Assembly: GCF_009834535.1 (NCBI RefSeq) | Contig: NC_045696.1 | Span: 18,726,001-18,790,000 of the forward strand | DNA: 64,000 nt | Direction of reading: 5' to 3' | Origin: Camelus ferus | Lineage: Eukaryota | Shown: piece by piece, positions 38,421 to 52,320 of the stretch | Layout: every line of letters begins with the position of its first letter | Numbering within the stretch: position 1 is the first letter of the stretch | Notes under the pieces: model-generated | Databases searched by the model: none | Told to the model about the DNA's origin: nothing | The model's input: only the letters and a program-made list of their open reading frames with translations | Position numbers and translations under genes: made by a program

Positions 38421-39479
38421 TTATTTTTAATTCTTTATGAAATTATGTGGGAAGATAGGCAGATAACCAGAAAGTATATTAGATGCTCTCTCTCCCCAAA
38501 ATAGGAGACTACTGAGAATGCTTTTTTTGCAACCTGTTTTATAAGCTGTATCAGGTGACTTTAAACATAACTATAATAATTTTGTATACATAGATATAAT
38601 AATTCTGATCAATTTCCCACAGATGTTAACTTTGATTATTTTATATTTCAGCAATTGTTAACAATGTTACAATAAAATGTTATATGTAGTTATTTTAGAA
38701 ATATTAATTTTTATTAAATACTTAGAAGTAGAATTTCTTTGTCAAAACATTGTAAAATTTAGATGACATTTGTCAGGTAGTCTTCTGGAATATTTAATAG
38801 TATTTTATTATAAATAACTATCAGAATACTTGTTTCTCCTCAAAATAATACACTTTTCCTCCCATATACACATACACACACACTATATATATATATATTT
38901 TTTTTTTTGCAAATCTGATGTGTTTAAAATATATTTGACATGTTAGTGTTGTTCTTGATCTTTTTTTTTTTTACCATAGTAATATTAAATATTTCTGGCT
39001 TTATAGTCTGTTGTATAAATTGTTAAGCTTTCTAGTTCTATTGTCTATAACTAGTCATTCTCAGTCTATTAATTTATAAAAAATTCTATATGTTCATATA
39101 TTGACTATCATCCATCCATGTTGTAATGCCTCCCCCCACCAAAAATATATATATATTTTGGCTTTTCTTGTTCCCTTTTCCCCATATATGTATCAGGTCT
39201 ACTTGTTAGGTTTTCTGTTAAGATTGAGTTGAATCAGAATAATTTTGTGGCAATGAGAATAATTCTGATACTGAGTTTTCCAAGCCATATACGTGATGTA
39301 TGATCTCTTTATAACTTGCTTATTTATTCATGTTTTAATATTTTATGGGGGCTATTGAATGTCCTTATTTTGTTTTCATTTTTAAATAATTTTGGAAAAC
39401 TTTATTATCTCTCACGAAACTACTTTTACCACATTCTCTATTGCTTTTTAGTGGCTAATCCAATTCCATGTATATTAAG

Positions 39480-39755
39480 CCTTCCATAACCTTCTCAGTC
39501 TCCTCATGTCTGTATCACCATTAAGAATAAGCTCAAATATTACCTTTAGAAAACATCCCTCCTACTCTTATTTATATAAGCCCTCTTCTTAAGCTTCGTA
39601 AAATTTTCTTGTTTATTTTCTTGCTTAATAGTTCAAAGCTGTAATCCAGTATCAATTCTATAAGGACAGAGATTTAGCTTGTTTTGTTTTTCAGTGTATC
39701 CTGAGAGCCTAAGAAAAGTAACACTTACAATGCACTAAATAAATACAGGTTGGGT
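39480..39755 (+). mobile_element. L2 3' end
   Basis: ctataaggacagagattt...tcagtgtatcctgagagcctaagaaaagt...ctaaataaata. Confidence 0.7.
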
Positions 39756-39842
39756 AAAAAATATATAATCATTAATTACTGTTAAAGGGTAAGCTAATTT
39801 TAGATCAAACAGGCAGTAAAATGCAGTTTCTTCCAAAAGACC

Positions 39843-39950
39843 TTTCAAATCCCAGCTCTGCCACTTAATAAATTTGTGCCATTAACAATCCTGTGTTCGG
39901 GCTTCAGTTTCTTTATGTGTGAAGTGAGGGTTAAATAATAATTACAGCAT
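39843..39950 (+). mobile_element. MIR core fragment
   Basis: ttcaaatcccagctctgccactta...gcttcagtttctttatgtgtgaagtgagg. Confidence 0.8.
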
Positions 39951-40196
39951 ATATTGTAGAAAATATTGTATTAACTTCTGTTCATATTATTATTTAATAT
40001 AATCTACCACAAAAGTAAGGTTTTACTTAATTCTGGCCAACACGATAATAATATTACACAAGCATATGCTGAGACAAAGTTGTGATTTAATAAGTGTAGA
40101 GATATGATGAAAGTTGACTTTCCTACTCTTAGAGTTACAGATTCTTTTTGTTTTTTTTGAAATGATTAGTTTTAACCATTTCATTCACTTCTTACA

Positions 40197-40659
40197 CAGG
40201 CATAGTTTGTTTTATTGTGCTTCACGGATACAGTGTTTTTTAATTGAAAGTTTGCGGCAACCTTGTGTCAAGCAAGTCTGTCGGCACCATTTTTCCAACA
40301 ATATTTGCTCACTTCCCGTCTCTGTGTCGCATTTTGGTAATTCTTGCAATGTTTCAAATTTTGTTATTATTACGTTTGTTTCAGTGATCTGTGTTCAGTG
40401 ATCTTGGATGTTACTACCATAATTTGCTGAAGGCTCAGATGATGGTTAGCAATTTTTAGCAATAAAGCATTTTTAAATCAAGGTATGTACATGATTTTCT
40501 TAGACATAATGGTGTTGTACACTTAGTAGACAACAGTATAACATAAATATAACTTGCATATACACTGGGAAACTAAAAAATTCACATTACTTGCTTTACT
40601 GTGATATTTGCTTTATTGTAGTCTAGAACCAGACACGCCATATCTCTGAGGTATGCCTG
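40197..40659 (+). mobile_element. Internally deleted Tigger1 derivative (Tigger1a-type MITE)
   Basis: TIRs caggcata...tatgcctg with TA on the right flank. Both Tigger1 terminal regions are present with no transposase. Confidence 0.92.
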
Positions 40660-42647
40660 TATCTATTCCAGATAATAAAATAAAGGATTAGGACTATTTT
40701 TTTAAATTAATCTTGGCAGTTTCATGGGCTTTTATTTTCACAAGTGTGTGATTTTGTGATGGACAGCTCAATCACATGTTGTATGCCTTCATTTATTTTT
40801 ATGCCACAAACATTATCATTCTAAGCAAGCTTTTTAATAGTGTTCCAAGACTTATTCGTGAGATTAGAATAATAGTATTTAGAACTTTGAAACTGCATTT
40901 TAAACAAAAAGCCATATTAACATTATCTGTATCTGTAGAGTTCAAATTTCATAAAGCAAGATCGAAGTTGGTATTACAATTAGATTCTCCTTCAGTGTTT
41001 TTGTTGTTTTGGGCTGTTAAAAAAAAATTAATGTAGCACAATAGAGATGTGGAAAAAAGCATTTGATTACTATCATGCAAGTTATTAACAATGTCAGAAT
41101 AGTAGCCATGAAAACTATGCCTCAGGGAAAAGTGAGTCAGTAATGGGATTTATCAGCTCAATAGGCATGTAAAGCCTATTTGTTTTAATGGCATATTTTA
41201 ACACAGACAAGGAAACATATTTTGTGGCAATAATTTAATTAATTTGTTTTTGGTCAAGCTGTATTCCTTCCCAAATTTAAAAACAACAGCAATCAGAATA
41301 CTTAAAATTAATTATGATGGTTTATATGATTCACTACTCATTTTAAAATGCCAACCATCTTAATCACTGAATCATTTTGTGCAAGTCTAGTCATGCTGAG
41401 AAATTTCATTTATAACAATTTGGAGAGCCTTATAACACTCATTAAATACACTGTATGTGTGGCCCTGTACATTTATATATGCTCTTGCTAATAACTATTA
41501 TTTGAATCTAAGAGAATACTATGTTGATTAAATTGCTCCATGCCTATCAGCAATCATTTAATCGTAAAGACCTATCAGTGGAAAATTTTTTCGATTTGGA
41601 AAATCACACAGTTCAGCATCAGTTTAAACTATGTCAGACAACAGGAAGTTAACAGATTTGTTATCAGTTATTATAAGGATATAGGTTTCAGTGGAATGTA
41701 TACAGTCTCTTTCAGATAGTCATTCAGTAAAAGATAGTTCAACCAACCATCATCCATACAATCACAGTCTTATTGGCAGACTAAATACTGAAATCTGACA
41801 CTAATTGAGATGAAGTTTTACACTTATTTCATCTCCTATTGCCTGGAGCTTATTTCCACATTTATCCACCTAGATTTTAAATTCCATCGTGATAAATATT
41901 AGTTTCCCTTTACCTTTTAAAACCCTCATATAGCTCCTTACATTGAAATTGTGTTTTCTAAAGCACTTGGTTCAATTTTTATTGTTTTAATAGATTAATT
42001 CACATCGTCTTTGCTAGTTCCCTTAAGTTGTAACCAAGGTTATTCAATCACTAGTTGAAAATCCTGTCTTTATTATCCTAAAACTTCAATAACCAATTTT
42101 CAAATGATAATCTCTTGCTCCCACATTGAATTAATGGAAGTCATCACCCCTTAAAAAGAGAAATGGAAAAATTCAATCAGTAGACCACAGTAACAGTATG
42201 CAGACTTCCCCTCTGCTTTATTTTTCAAACCCTTTGAACCCCCTGATCCCCAGTGTTGGAGTGTAACAGTCTTCTGCAGTGCCTTCTACTTTCTTCCTCT
42301 CCCTAGTCCCTCAAATCTGGAAAGGCAAAACTGAGAACTAGTGAGAGGTTTCATTTCGTGTGCATTTCCTCTAGGAGTATCTCTGCCATTGTCACTCTCA
42401 TACATCCCCTTTTCTCATGGGAGAAAAGATTTTCTCTTCCATAAAGCATGTTCAGCCCTTCACAGTCCTCAGATTCTCAAGTATCTCAGGCTTCTCTGAT
42501 ACGGCCTTTTGCCAGTGTCAGGCCCATGGTTCTATTTTTGCACAACTTTTGAGATTTCGTAGAGAATGAAGCTGAGAGGTGAGACAGTTTCTTCTCCATG
42601 CACCCAAAAATAATGGTATCTGGAACTCTCTAAGCATCCTTTGACTA

Positions 42648-42800
42648 CCGTGGAATGCAGGAGCCAGCTGGCACTAGCCTACAAGTGATAAGAGCCAATT
42701 TTCAAATGTTACGGAATTTTGTGAGCCAGTCAAACTGGGAGTATTTACTCCATGTGAATCACTACCCCTGCCCTTCAAACTAGTTCTTGAATCTGCACTG
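42648..42800 (+). mobile_element. MER63-like hAT MITE
   Basis: ggagccagctggcactagcct...agagccaattttcaaatgttacggaattttgtgagccagt...tgggagtatttac. Confidence 0.7.
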
Positions 42801-43341
42801 ACTTTCGGCTGTGTAAGAGGCTACTTGGGGCAAGAAACTTAAGGTTCCTGGAAGTTCCTTTATCTAGCTGAGACTATATACTAGAAAACACCAAAATTCT
42901 TTAATAGGTCTTAACAAAGAATTTTAGTTTTAGTTTTACCCTTAACTACTGCACTGTGGGCAGCTCCTACTTGGAGATTTTTTTTTTTCATAGACTGGGA
43001 AGAACAGTTTTATTTTTTAATCCAGTTGGTCCTGCCTGCAACTAAGAAAAGCCAACTACCATTTCCTTCATTTTGCCAGAACTGTCTTTAGCAAGGTATA
43101 TAGTCAACTTGGTAACGTTTCTGTTTGTCCAAGTTATACACCAGGCAAACATTATTGCTACCTTTTTTTTTTTTTTTTACCCATTGTGTGGCACGTGTTA
43201 GCTTTTGATCTAACTTTGAATGCTGCTGTTCTCACTATTCTGTCTGCCTGTAACTATGATCAGTGTGCTGCCCTTTCCAACTCCACCTGCTGCACAATCC
43301 CAAAGTCACTGACACACATTTTATTCTGAGAACAGCACCAA

Positions 43342-44032
43342 ATTCAGTTATCCATTGCTGTGTAACAAATCAACTCAAAACCATCGTGACTTGGAAAAGC
43401 AAGTGGTTTATTAGTTCTCATGATTCTGTGAGAAGTTAGCTGGGTGATTCTCTGTTGGTTCTATCTGGGCCCAGACAGGTGGCCGGATGAAAGTTTCAAG
43501 ATGGCTTTACTTACAACTTCTGTAGTTTGTGCTGCCAGCCAACAAGGTGTGTCTTGGTTCTCTTCTATGTAGCCCTTATTCTCTTGTACGTGATTCAGCA
43601 AACATTTTCTGTGAAGATCCAGGTAGTAAATATTTCAGGTTTTGTGGGGCACAGGATCTCTGGGTCATCAGATCTCAGTCCTACCATTGTGGTGTGAAAA
43701 CAGCTATAGAAAATATGTAAACAAATTGAGCATGTTCTAATAAAACTTTATTTACAAAAACATATGTAGCAAACTAGGTTTGGTTAAGAGGCGGTACTTT
43801 TCCTCTTCCTGTTCTAGGAAGCTATTCTGGCCCTACTTGACAGTCTCAGAGCAGCATTCCAAGAGAAAAAGCTCTGATGTACTTCTCAAACCTCTGTCTG
43901 TTTCATATTATCCTATTGGGCTAAATAAATCATATGACCAATCTCTGAATAAGATATGAGAGAACTGAAACAGGATATGGATACAGACAGGCATGCTTTT
44001 GTGAGGACCATTAATAAAATAGTGGTCTACCA
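43342..44032 (-). mobile_element. MLT1 (MaLR) LTR, split by MER58A
   Basis: cagttatccattgctgtgtaacaaatca...ttcaagatggcttt on the left and cctattgggctaaataaatcatatgacca...gtctacca on the right. Confidence 0.85.
43588..43812. mobile_element. MER58A hAT MITE nested in MLT1
   Basis: cagcaaacattttctgtgaagatccaggtagtaaatatttcaggttttgtggg...aataaaactttatttacaaaaaca. Confidence 0.88.
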
Positions 44033-44438
44033 GTAATCAACCAAAGGTAGTTATTTTTATAATTTTATTTAAATTATTCTTTATATAAATTATTGTCCTT
44101 AAGATCTCCATCAACATCTATTGCAGCAATATTTTATTCCATATATGTGTGATATGTGTTTTAATGGCGGTCTTTACAAAATGGCAATACATAATGTTAA
44201 TATTCATCCATATATTAAATTTAACATATGCTTAATACATTAATATATGCTTACTGTAAATTCCTATTTAAGCATATATATGGCAAGCTATCATTGAGGA
44301 CCAACGTTCCTGGATAATGTACTGTCGTCATTGTCTAAATCTCAATAGTATGTCTACTATGAAATTAAAATTTATGTCGATTAAACTTATAAATTTTTTT
44401 CTCATTTTTAAGTTTAAATAATATATTATCACCTAAGA

Positions 44439-44645
44439 CAGGAGTTGGCAAGCTTTTTGTGCAAAAGGCCAAAGAGTAAATATTTTAAGATACTGGAACA
44501 TATGGTCTCTGTCACATGTTTTTCTTTGTTTTTGTTTCGTTTTCTACTTTATAACCTTTTGCTACTGTAAAAAACATTCTTAGCTTTCAAGTCATACATA
44601 GCCAGACCACAAATGAAGCCTTTCAGACTATAATTTCTGAACCAT

Positions 44646-44647
<2 letters not shown>
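44439..44647. mobile_element. MER58-family hAT MITE
   Basis: caggagttggcaagcttttt...aaaggccaaagagtaaatatttta...atggtctctgtcaca...gtaaaaaacattcttagct. Confidence 0.8.

Positions 44648-44648
<1 letters not shown>

Positions 44649-44677
<29 letters not shown>
44649..44677 (+). repeat. Poly(A) tract (about 29 nt)
   Basis: Directly visible. Confidence 0.95.
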
Positions 44678-44679
<2 letters not shown>

Positions 44680-46284
44680 CTTCCTCTCCATGTCTAGTTA
44701 TCTCAATTTTAAGCAATAAAGGAAGAATGATACCCTACTTATTATAAATTGATTATTTCTATTTCATAAAAGAATATGTACACATACATATATACATATG
44801 CATATATATCATGGTTTTATTTAAGCTTAGAGATAAGTGTTTTTATCGAAATACTTACTTTACAGAGTAAGTCTATTAAATATTCATTTAAAGTGATATA
44901 TTTTGCCTTAAATTAGAATCTGGAAAATGGCAACTTTAGATGTTTCCCTTTGTGTGTAAGTTATTTAAGTCTGTGTCTGCTCTTATTACACTCCAGAGTC
45001 TTTTCCTTGACACCTCACGTATTTGTGGTAGTCACTCGTCTTATACAGGCATTTGAATTTGCAATTCCTGCTATAAATGGGCAATAATTCCTCGCTTGAA
45101 ACAATTTGATGCCTTTCTATTTCTCTCTGGGTAAAACCACACATCCAATTTGTTTTTTCCCCATCTGATGTCCATTTGAATCTGTCAAAGGCTTCTATCC
45201 ATTCTTGTGTTTCGTCCACACTGGAATTCCTTTAGTTTTTCTAATATGCTTTGCAACCCGCATTCCTGTTGTCTTCGAACAGTCCTGTACCTCATTTGAT
45301 TTTCGAGTTACATTCTACTCTCCATATCTCAGCACAATCCCCACAACTTCAGAAATAGTCCTCTGATAACCCAAAGAATGTAAATCATAGTAATATTTAA
45401 TTATTAATAGCATTAGTAAATATTCATTTCCTCTTACTAAGGACCGGTGTTTGCAGTACTATATTTGCATGAACTCATTCCAGCAAAATCCCTAAGCAAT
45501 TGACACTATAGCCTCGTTTTTCATGAACTGAGGTTAAAAAAAAATGTGACAAAGTTCTTTCCCAGGTTTTGTGGGTGGTAATTCAAGTTTTGAGCTAGAG
45601 GTCAGGTTTTGGGGTTCATGATCTTACTCCTACTTGGGCCATCCTCATCTTTTTCTTTATCTTCAAAGCAGCAGTAGTGCACTTTCTAAAAAGCCAAATG
45701 ATAACAATAACTAAGAGAACTAATATAAATCAAGAGCTTACAATGTTAAGCTCCCAGTGATAAGTACATTCTATGAATATTTTACTTCGTCTCTACAAGA
45801 ACACTCCTGAAACTGGTTTTTAGTAAAGGGAAAAAGTAATGATCCTTTGGTATCTTGGTAATTTTCTTTTTTTTTTTTTTCTCAAAGACTTCACATCATT
45901 ATAGGAAAGCAAAACACTTCATCTCTGTATTTTTGTTTTGTTTTGCTTTCTTAAATATAGTGATGTTTGCTTTTAATTCACCTTAGCCACTCAGATTAAT
46001 GTCACATGTTAGATCTTATCCTTACCAATAACTGTAGCAGTCTTTTAAATCTCAAATTCTTCCCAGTAGCCTTAAAAAAACTCTCCAACTCCAGAAGAAT
46101 ATTTTCTTTACTTTCTCCATACATTTTCCTAAGCAAGTAAAATTTGATAGATTAAAGCCCATTTTAAAGCTGACAGTTTCACCCTAAATTTACAATCACA
46201 AAATTCAGCTTAACATTTGGTACTTATACCATATTACATGTGACATAGTATAATATCATTTGAAAATTGTTTCCTTTAGTTAGG

Positions 46285-46501
46285 CTTATTGCAATCTCTA
46301 GAGTTGTGTGGCAGCCATGAATCACATGTGTCTGTTTAAATTTATATTGGTTAAAACTAAATAATTTAACAATTCATTTTCTTAATTGTTTTTGCCACAT
46401 CCCAGTTGTATAATTGCCTATGTAGCTGGTGGCTATCATACTGAGCAGTGAGGACTGTAAAACATCCCTGTCACCACAGAAAGTGCTTCTGGATAGCACT
46501 G
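46285..46501. mobile_element. MER3/MER33-like hAT MITE
   Basis: gtggcagccatgaatcacatgtgtctgtttaaattta...atgtagctggtggctatcatactg...cacagaaagtgcttctggatagcactg. Confidence 0.8.
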
Positions 46502-46509
46502 ATCTAGGA

Positions 46510-49200
46510 TAACTACTACATAATAAATTAAGGAATTATAATTTAAAGCCAATAAAGATAATTTGTAAAGAAACAATAGAAATTCTCAGTTAAACCAAGA
46601 AGTGCCAAGGAAATTAGTAAAAAGAATCCAAAAATATGTCCAAATAATTGAATAATCCTTCTTAAGTAATTGAAAGAAAAAGTAAAAAACACAAATGCAT
46701 AAAACATATCAGCAATAGTCTCAAAAACCTAACCCAGTTCACATTTATTCACTAAATGTAATGACTTCTGACAACTCATTCATTTCACGAATATACGCAA
46801 CATTCACCAAAATAGATAAATATTCCCCAAAATAGACTACATACACTAACTAGGACATCAAAACATGTCTCAATGCATTTTAAAGGACTGAAATAATGCA
46901 CCATATGTTCTTGAACAATGATAGTAACAGAACAAAATCAGTATCAATATGTAGAAATATCCCCAGATAATAATGCATTAGTCAAATAATAAACCACTCT
47001 GGATATTATAAAACATTTCCAACTGAATGGGCATAAAAATACAATCTGTTGAAAGATGTGAGATGCAGCAAAGACAGTGCTTATTGGGAAATGTATGGAT
47101 TTAAACAGTTGTACCAGAGGAAAAAAATGAATTAAATAATAAAGTTTAAAATCAATAAGATAGTTTTTCATCTTTAGAAAGAGTAAATTATGCCCAAAAT
47201 AAGAAGACAAGAAAGAATAAAGATAAAATTTGAAAATAATAAAATGTTAAACAAAAAAAAATCAGTGAAAAGAAAACCTTAACTTTTTGAAAAGAAAAAT
47301 GAGATTGATAAACTCTAACAAGATTATTAAGATTTAGAAGAGAGAAAACAACACATATTTCCAAAATCAGAAGTGAACCAGTAACTGTCATTCGATAAGG
47401 TACAGAATTTTAACCATTTTAGTGTAAACCACACTCACAAGCACACACACAACATTGTGCCTAAAAATTCAACATCTCTGAGGAAGAAAGTAAATTATTT
47501 GAAAAATACAACTAACCAAAAAATTACATAACAAAAACCTAAAAATCTAAGTAGCATTTTATCTACTATCATATAAACTTGAGTTTATAGTAAAAAAAAT
47601 TCTTCCAAAAAGAAAATTTCAAATCAGATGAAACTACTGGATGCTACCTAATGTTTAAGAGAAAAGCAAAATTGAGCTTACACAAACTCTTTCAAAAAAA
47701 GGACAAAAAGTGTTTATCAAGTAATTTTACTGACACAGTCATAACTCTACCAAAGCCTGATAAGCATATTACAAGAAAAGAAAATTATAGACCAGTATCT
47801 TTCATAAACTTAGATGTGCATAGCAAAATATTACCAACTATATACCTGCAATATAGAGGATAATATACTATGTCTGTATAAGGTTTATCCCACTCAACAT
47901 TGGTTTAAAAATGTTTTAAAGATGAAAGAATATAATTGAGTACATTAAGGAAAATTTTTAAAAGAAAAATTATAAAATATAATTATCTTAATAGGAACAG
48001 AAAATAGAAGGACAGGTAAGAATCCATTTATGATTAAATATTGTTAGCAAATCAGTCATAGAAGAGAGCATTTTCAATAGTAAATCAAGGGTGTGTAAGA
48101 AAATCAGATACCCATCATCATCCTTTATGTTAAAACTTCACACTTTTCCTATTTATTTGAGCACAAGGCAAAGAAATCTGTTTTCACCATGCTCACTAAT
48201 ATTTTACCAAATGTCATAGTGCGATTCAGCAAAACAAAAAAAGGCAGAAAACACACTGTCTTTATTTTCAGAAGGTATATTGAGTAGATTTGACACCAAA
48301 AGCGCAGGCAACAAAAACAAACATAGATAAAATGGACTACGTCAAACTAAAAAGCTTCTGTGCAGCAATGGAAATAGTGAACAGGATGGAAAGGCAGCCT
48401 ATAGAATGAAGAAATATTTTCAAGCTATATATATATAATAATGCAAGTTTCAACTATGTGATATCATTTATACATTCTAACATGGATACAAATTAAAAGA
48501 CTGACAATGTCATGGCAATATTAAATAGGGGCAGGACTGCAAAGCCAAATGTAACTTTGCATACATAACTGAAGTGTAAAATGGAACCAACACCATGAAA
48601 ATGCTTGTCATTTTCTTATCGAGTACATAGACAACTACTCTAACAATTAGCCATCTAACTTCTAAATATCTGCTGAATGAAATGAAGCCATGTATCCGTA
48701 AAACACTTGTATAAAAATGGTGTTAACATCCAGTTCCTTAAAATAGCTCAAGTCTGGAAAGAAATGTGTGCGTCAACAGGAGAACATGTATCAACAGGAA
48801 GATGATTAAATGGGTATTTTCCTACCATGCAGTAGTGCTTAGCAATGAAAAATAATAAACAAGTGAAGAATATAATGATATTCATGAATTTGAAAAGCTG
48901 TATGTTGAGGGGGTAAAAAAAGCCTGATATAAAATGTATGATTCAGTTTTTTACGAAGGCCCAGCAACTATAACACTTACCTATTGTGACAAATCAGAAA
49001 TTGAAACCGGTAGCTTCTGTGTGGGGATTCTGAAGAAATGAACTAAAAAAGAAATGCGAAGAAGTTTCTATAACTTAATTTAGGTATTGTTTAGATCAGT
49101 GATTCTATAACTTAATCTGACAGTTGTTTACATCCATAATGATAATTATCAAAAGTCATTGTCCATTTTAATTCTGTGCATCTCACTGTCAATTATAATA
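46510..49200 (+). mobile_element. Old LINE-1 (L1M/L1ME-like) ORF2 and 3' UTR remnant
   Basis: ORF 47651..47863 contains ITLPKPDKHITRKENYRPVSFINLD, matching the L1 RT domain motif PKP...KENYRPISLMNID. A-rich strand bias and an L1ME-like 3' UTR. Confidence 0.88.
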
Positions 49201-49214
49201 CCAGGAGTGGTTTT

Positions 49215-49930
49215 AAAAGTGAGAGTGTTTCCAGCATCACCCTCCAGTTATTGCTTCATTTTCTGCCCTCCCCATAGCCAAATTCTAAAAGGAATCTTCT
49301 AAAAAATGGCATATTTACTATCTCTCATTCACTAGAGAACTACAGTGAGCTATCAGACTGGTCCGTAATCTCATATTGCCACATCTTCGTCTTGCTTGAC
49401 CCTTCATCAGTATTCTTCACAGTTGACCCAACCTATTTTTTTTTTTTTCTTAACATACTTCTGCTTTACTTAACTGGTCTTCACCACAGTCCTCCCACCC
49501 CCATTCCATCCCAGCTCTTCCTTCTTTGGTTACTCTTTGTTTTCTCCTACATCAACCTCTGTTCTTCAAAATTTGTCCTCATTGTCCATAGAGTACTTAT
49601 TTTAATTTTTATATTCTGTTTAAATTTCTTCATTTATTTCTCTGGCTTTAAAAAATACTCAATACTATCTATGAAGATGACTACTGACTTGCATTTGTAG
49701 CCTAGATATTTTAGTTATAGATCTTATAGATCAGCTGGCATGTTTGGACATCATACTGATATCCCAGTATTTTACCACTTAAAATTGAACACTTGTGTCT
49801 CTCTTGAATGGACTTTCTCCCAATTACAACATTACTTTAAATATATCATCCAGATAGTTATTCAGTGGAGGCAACCCAAAGTCATCCTTAATTTCTTCAT
49901 TTATTTCACCCATATTTATCCAATCATCTT
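49215..49930 (+). mobile_element. L2 fragment (degenerate)
   Basis: ctcatattgccacatc...cttgacccttcatcagtatt...cacagttgacc...ccaaagtcatccttaatttctt. Confidence 0.65.
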
Positions 49931-52116
49931 AGTCATAGATATGAGAGAAATACGTGGATGATAGAAGAAAAAGTAGGTTTTTTAGTCATAAATAGGTTGA
50001 CCAATAAAAAAGAGAAAGAGACAGATGTTTATGGGTATAAAGATACATTCTAGTAAAAACACAAATATTTTAATAGCATTACCTAATTACTATATTTTAT
50101 TTTCAGTATGATCCAACTTGAAGGTATTTAAATGTGATATGTACTTAAAACCAAGTTGGAATCACAATGTTCCATTCAAACACTAAGAGTACTCAGCTAA
50201 GTCCAAATGCAGTTTACCTGATTGTTCAGTATTTTTGGAAGAAGTATAAAATAATGTGGCATGCTTTCAACATAGTTACATAAATAGTACAAATATATCT
50301 GTACCTTCGTATTCCTAACACAGAAACTACCTGTATAGACTCGTCTAATTTAGGATTAATGGAATGATCAGCTTCTGTTTTCTTAACACATGCAATATGC
50401 CACGCAATTGAGCATACTGTAGTTCTCATGATAACTAGAAGCCATTTCAGATGAAAATAAAACTTAAAAATATTGCAGTGACATGTGAAGCAAGATAAAT
50501 GTTGCTCGATAGTGCAGAAAATAATGCCTATCACCAGCACAAATTTCTACTAACACCTGAAGCACATTCCTTCACCCTCTAATTTATTAGTACAGTTTGC
50601 ACGTTATGCCATAGTTAAATAACATTAAGAAAATTGCTAGGCTTCGAAACATAAAAATAGATTTAATTTAAACCTGTGTTACAGGCCCTGTATGTTTGCT
50701 TCTATTTAGTATGGTTGAGAACATGGAACTATGCAATTATCCTGTAGTACCAATTTTTATGGACTCAAATCACATCAGGAAAAAAGTTACCTTTTTCTGA
50801 AATTTAAAGTTTTATTTTAAAAAAAAGAAGATTTTAAGGCCTTTTTTTGATACATATTTTGTTTTCATTTGTCATATAAAGAGTTACTATTTTTCATATA
50901 AGTAGCAAAAAAATAAATTATGAAAACTAAATGTATTGAAATTGCAAAACTAATGTATATATAAAGTAATGCCAGACTATGCAGTTAAGACAAATAAAAG
51001 CTCTTTTATATCTGTGGAACATATTATTCTGCAGGATGAAAATTAACAATTTTTAGTCTTTTCTGTTGCACTAACATTAATCCATGGAAATATTTAAAAC
51101 ACACTTACTTATTACTAATTTTTCACACTTAGATATTCATATTTTCATGAAATGAACACTTTATAATAATTATTTGTTATTTGAATATTTCCTTTAAGAA
51201 GTATGATTTTATTAGTAAATGTTTTCCCTTTTTTCTCCATTATTAGTAATAGGACATATTATTTAAAGGAGATGTAGATGTCTTTTGTCAATATAGAAAA
51301 TTAGGATTTCTATCTGGCAAAAGTTATTAAAAATATAGTACCTTAAAAATAAATTTTAGGCCATAGGGAAGAAATTAATTAGAAAAAAAAATCCAATTAG
51401 GGAAATTAAATAGATGAGCAAAATTTTAGAGTTTCCTAATTTTCTATATTTTAAAATAAATTTTATAAATGTATTAATTAAAAGAAAAGTTACTTGAAAC
51501 TCAACATTTTTAATAAAAAATAAAAACATTAATGCTTCTTATAATATCTTTATATCTTTGTGAAAAAATAAATTTTAAAGTAAAAATAAACAAGTGAATA
51601 AATGAATGAATGAGTGAATAATATGTTTCTAATTCTTCCCTGTGCAAACCAGGTTTCTCACTCCTGGTCTTGTTCCTGCATTTCATCTTAAGTGCTGGAG
51701 CATTAGACTGCTAAGTGCCATACACTAAATGAATGAAGAAAATTAGGTAAAGAGATGTGTAAATAATTTCAAGTCACAAAATTAGTGAATGGCAGATAAT
51801 TTTTCAAAGACATGACTAATTTAGGCTCTTTAAACACTGCACTATATCCTCTCCATATTCAGGAAAGGGCTTAACCTTTGGTGGTCATTAAGACTCCAGC
51901 ATGGTTTTGATTATTGTCAAACTTCATAATTTATTATAAATATCCTAAATTTTACAGTTGAAGTCAAGCTTGGTTTATAGGCTACTATTGTAAGGTAGAT
52001 ATTTCCTTATGAGTAGTGATGACTCCTGAAAAAACCTAAAAGTAAAATTCTCATGGACAAGAACTATAGAAACTAATTTCCACATTACATTTATTTCAAA
52101 AAAAATCTTCATTTTT

Positions 52117-52320
52117 GGATTAACATATATACATTACTATATATAAAGCAGATACCAGAGACCTACTGTATAGCACAGGGAACTTTATGCAGTATCTTAT
52201 AATAACCTATAATAGAAAATAATCTGAAAAAATAAATACATATATTCATAACTGAATCACTTTGCTGTACACCTGAAACCAACACAGCATTGTAAATTAA
52301 CTACACTTTAATAAAAAATG
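52117..52320 (+). mobile_element. Cetartiodactyl-type LINE-1 3' end
   Basis: gacctactgtatagcacagggaact...actgaatcactttgctgtacacctgaaaccaacacagcattgtaaattaactacactttaataaaaaa. Same family as the element at 3283. Confidence 0.92.

Noticed and set aside
49065..49140. Direct repeat ttctataacttaat with a 37-bp period, superficially repeat-spacer-like
   Set aside because: Only two copies with similar spacers, so it is a local tandem duplication in an L1 3' UTR. A CRISPR array is implausible in mammalian DNA.
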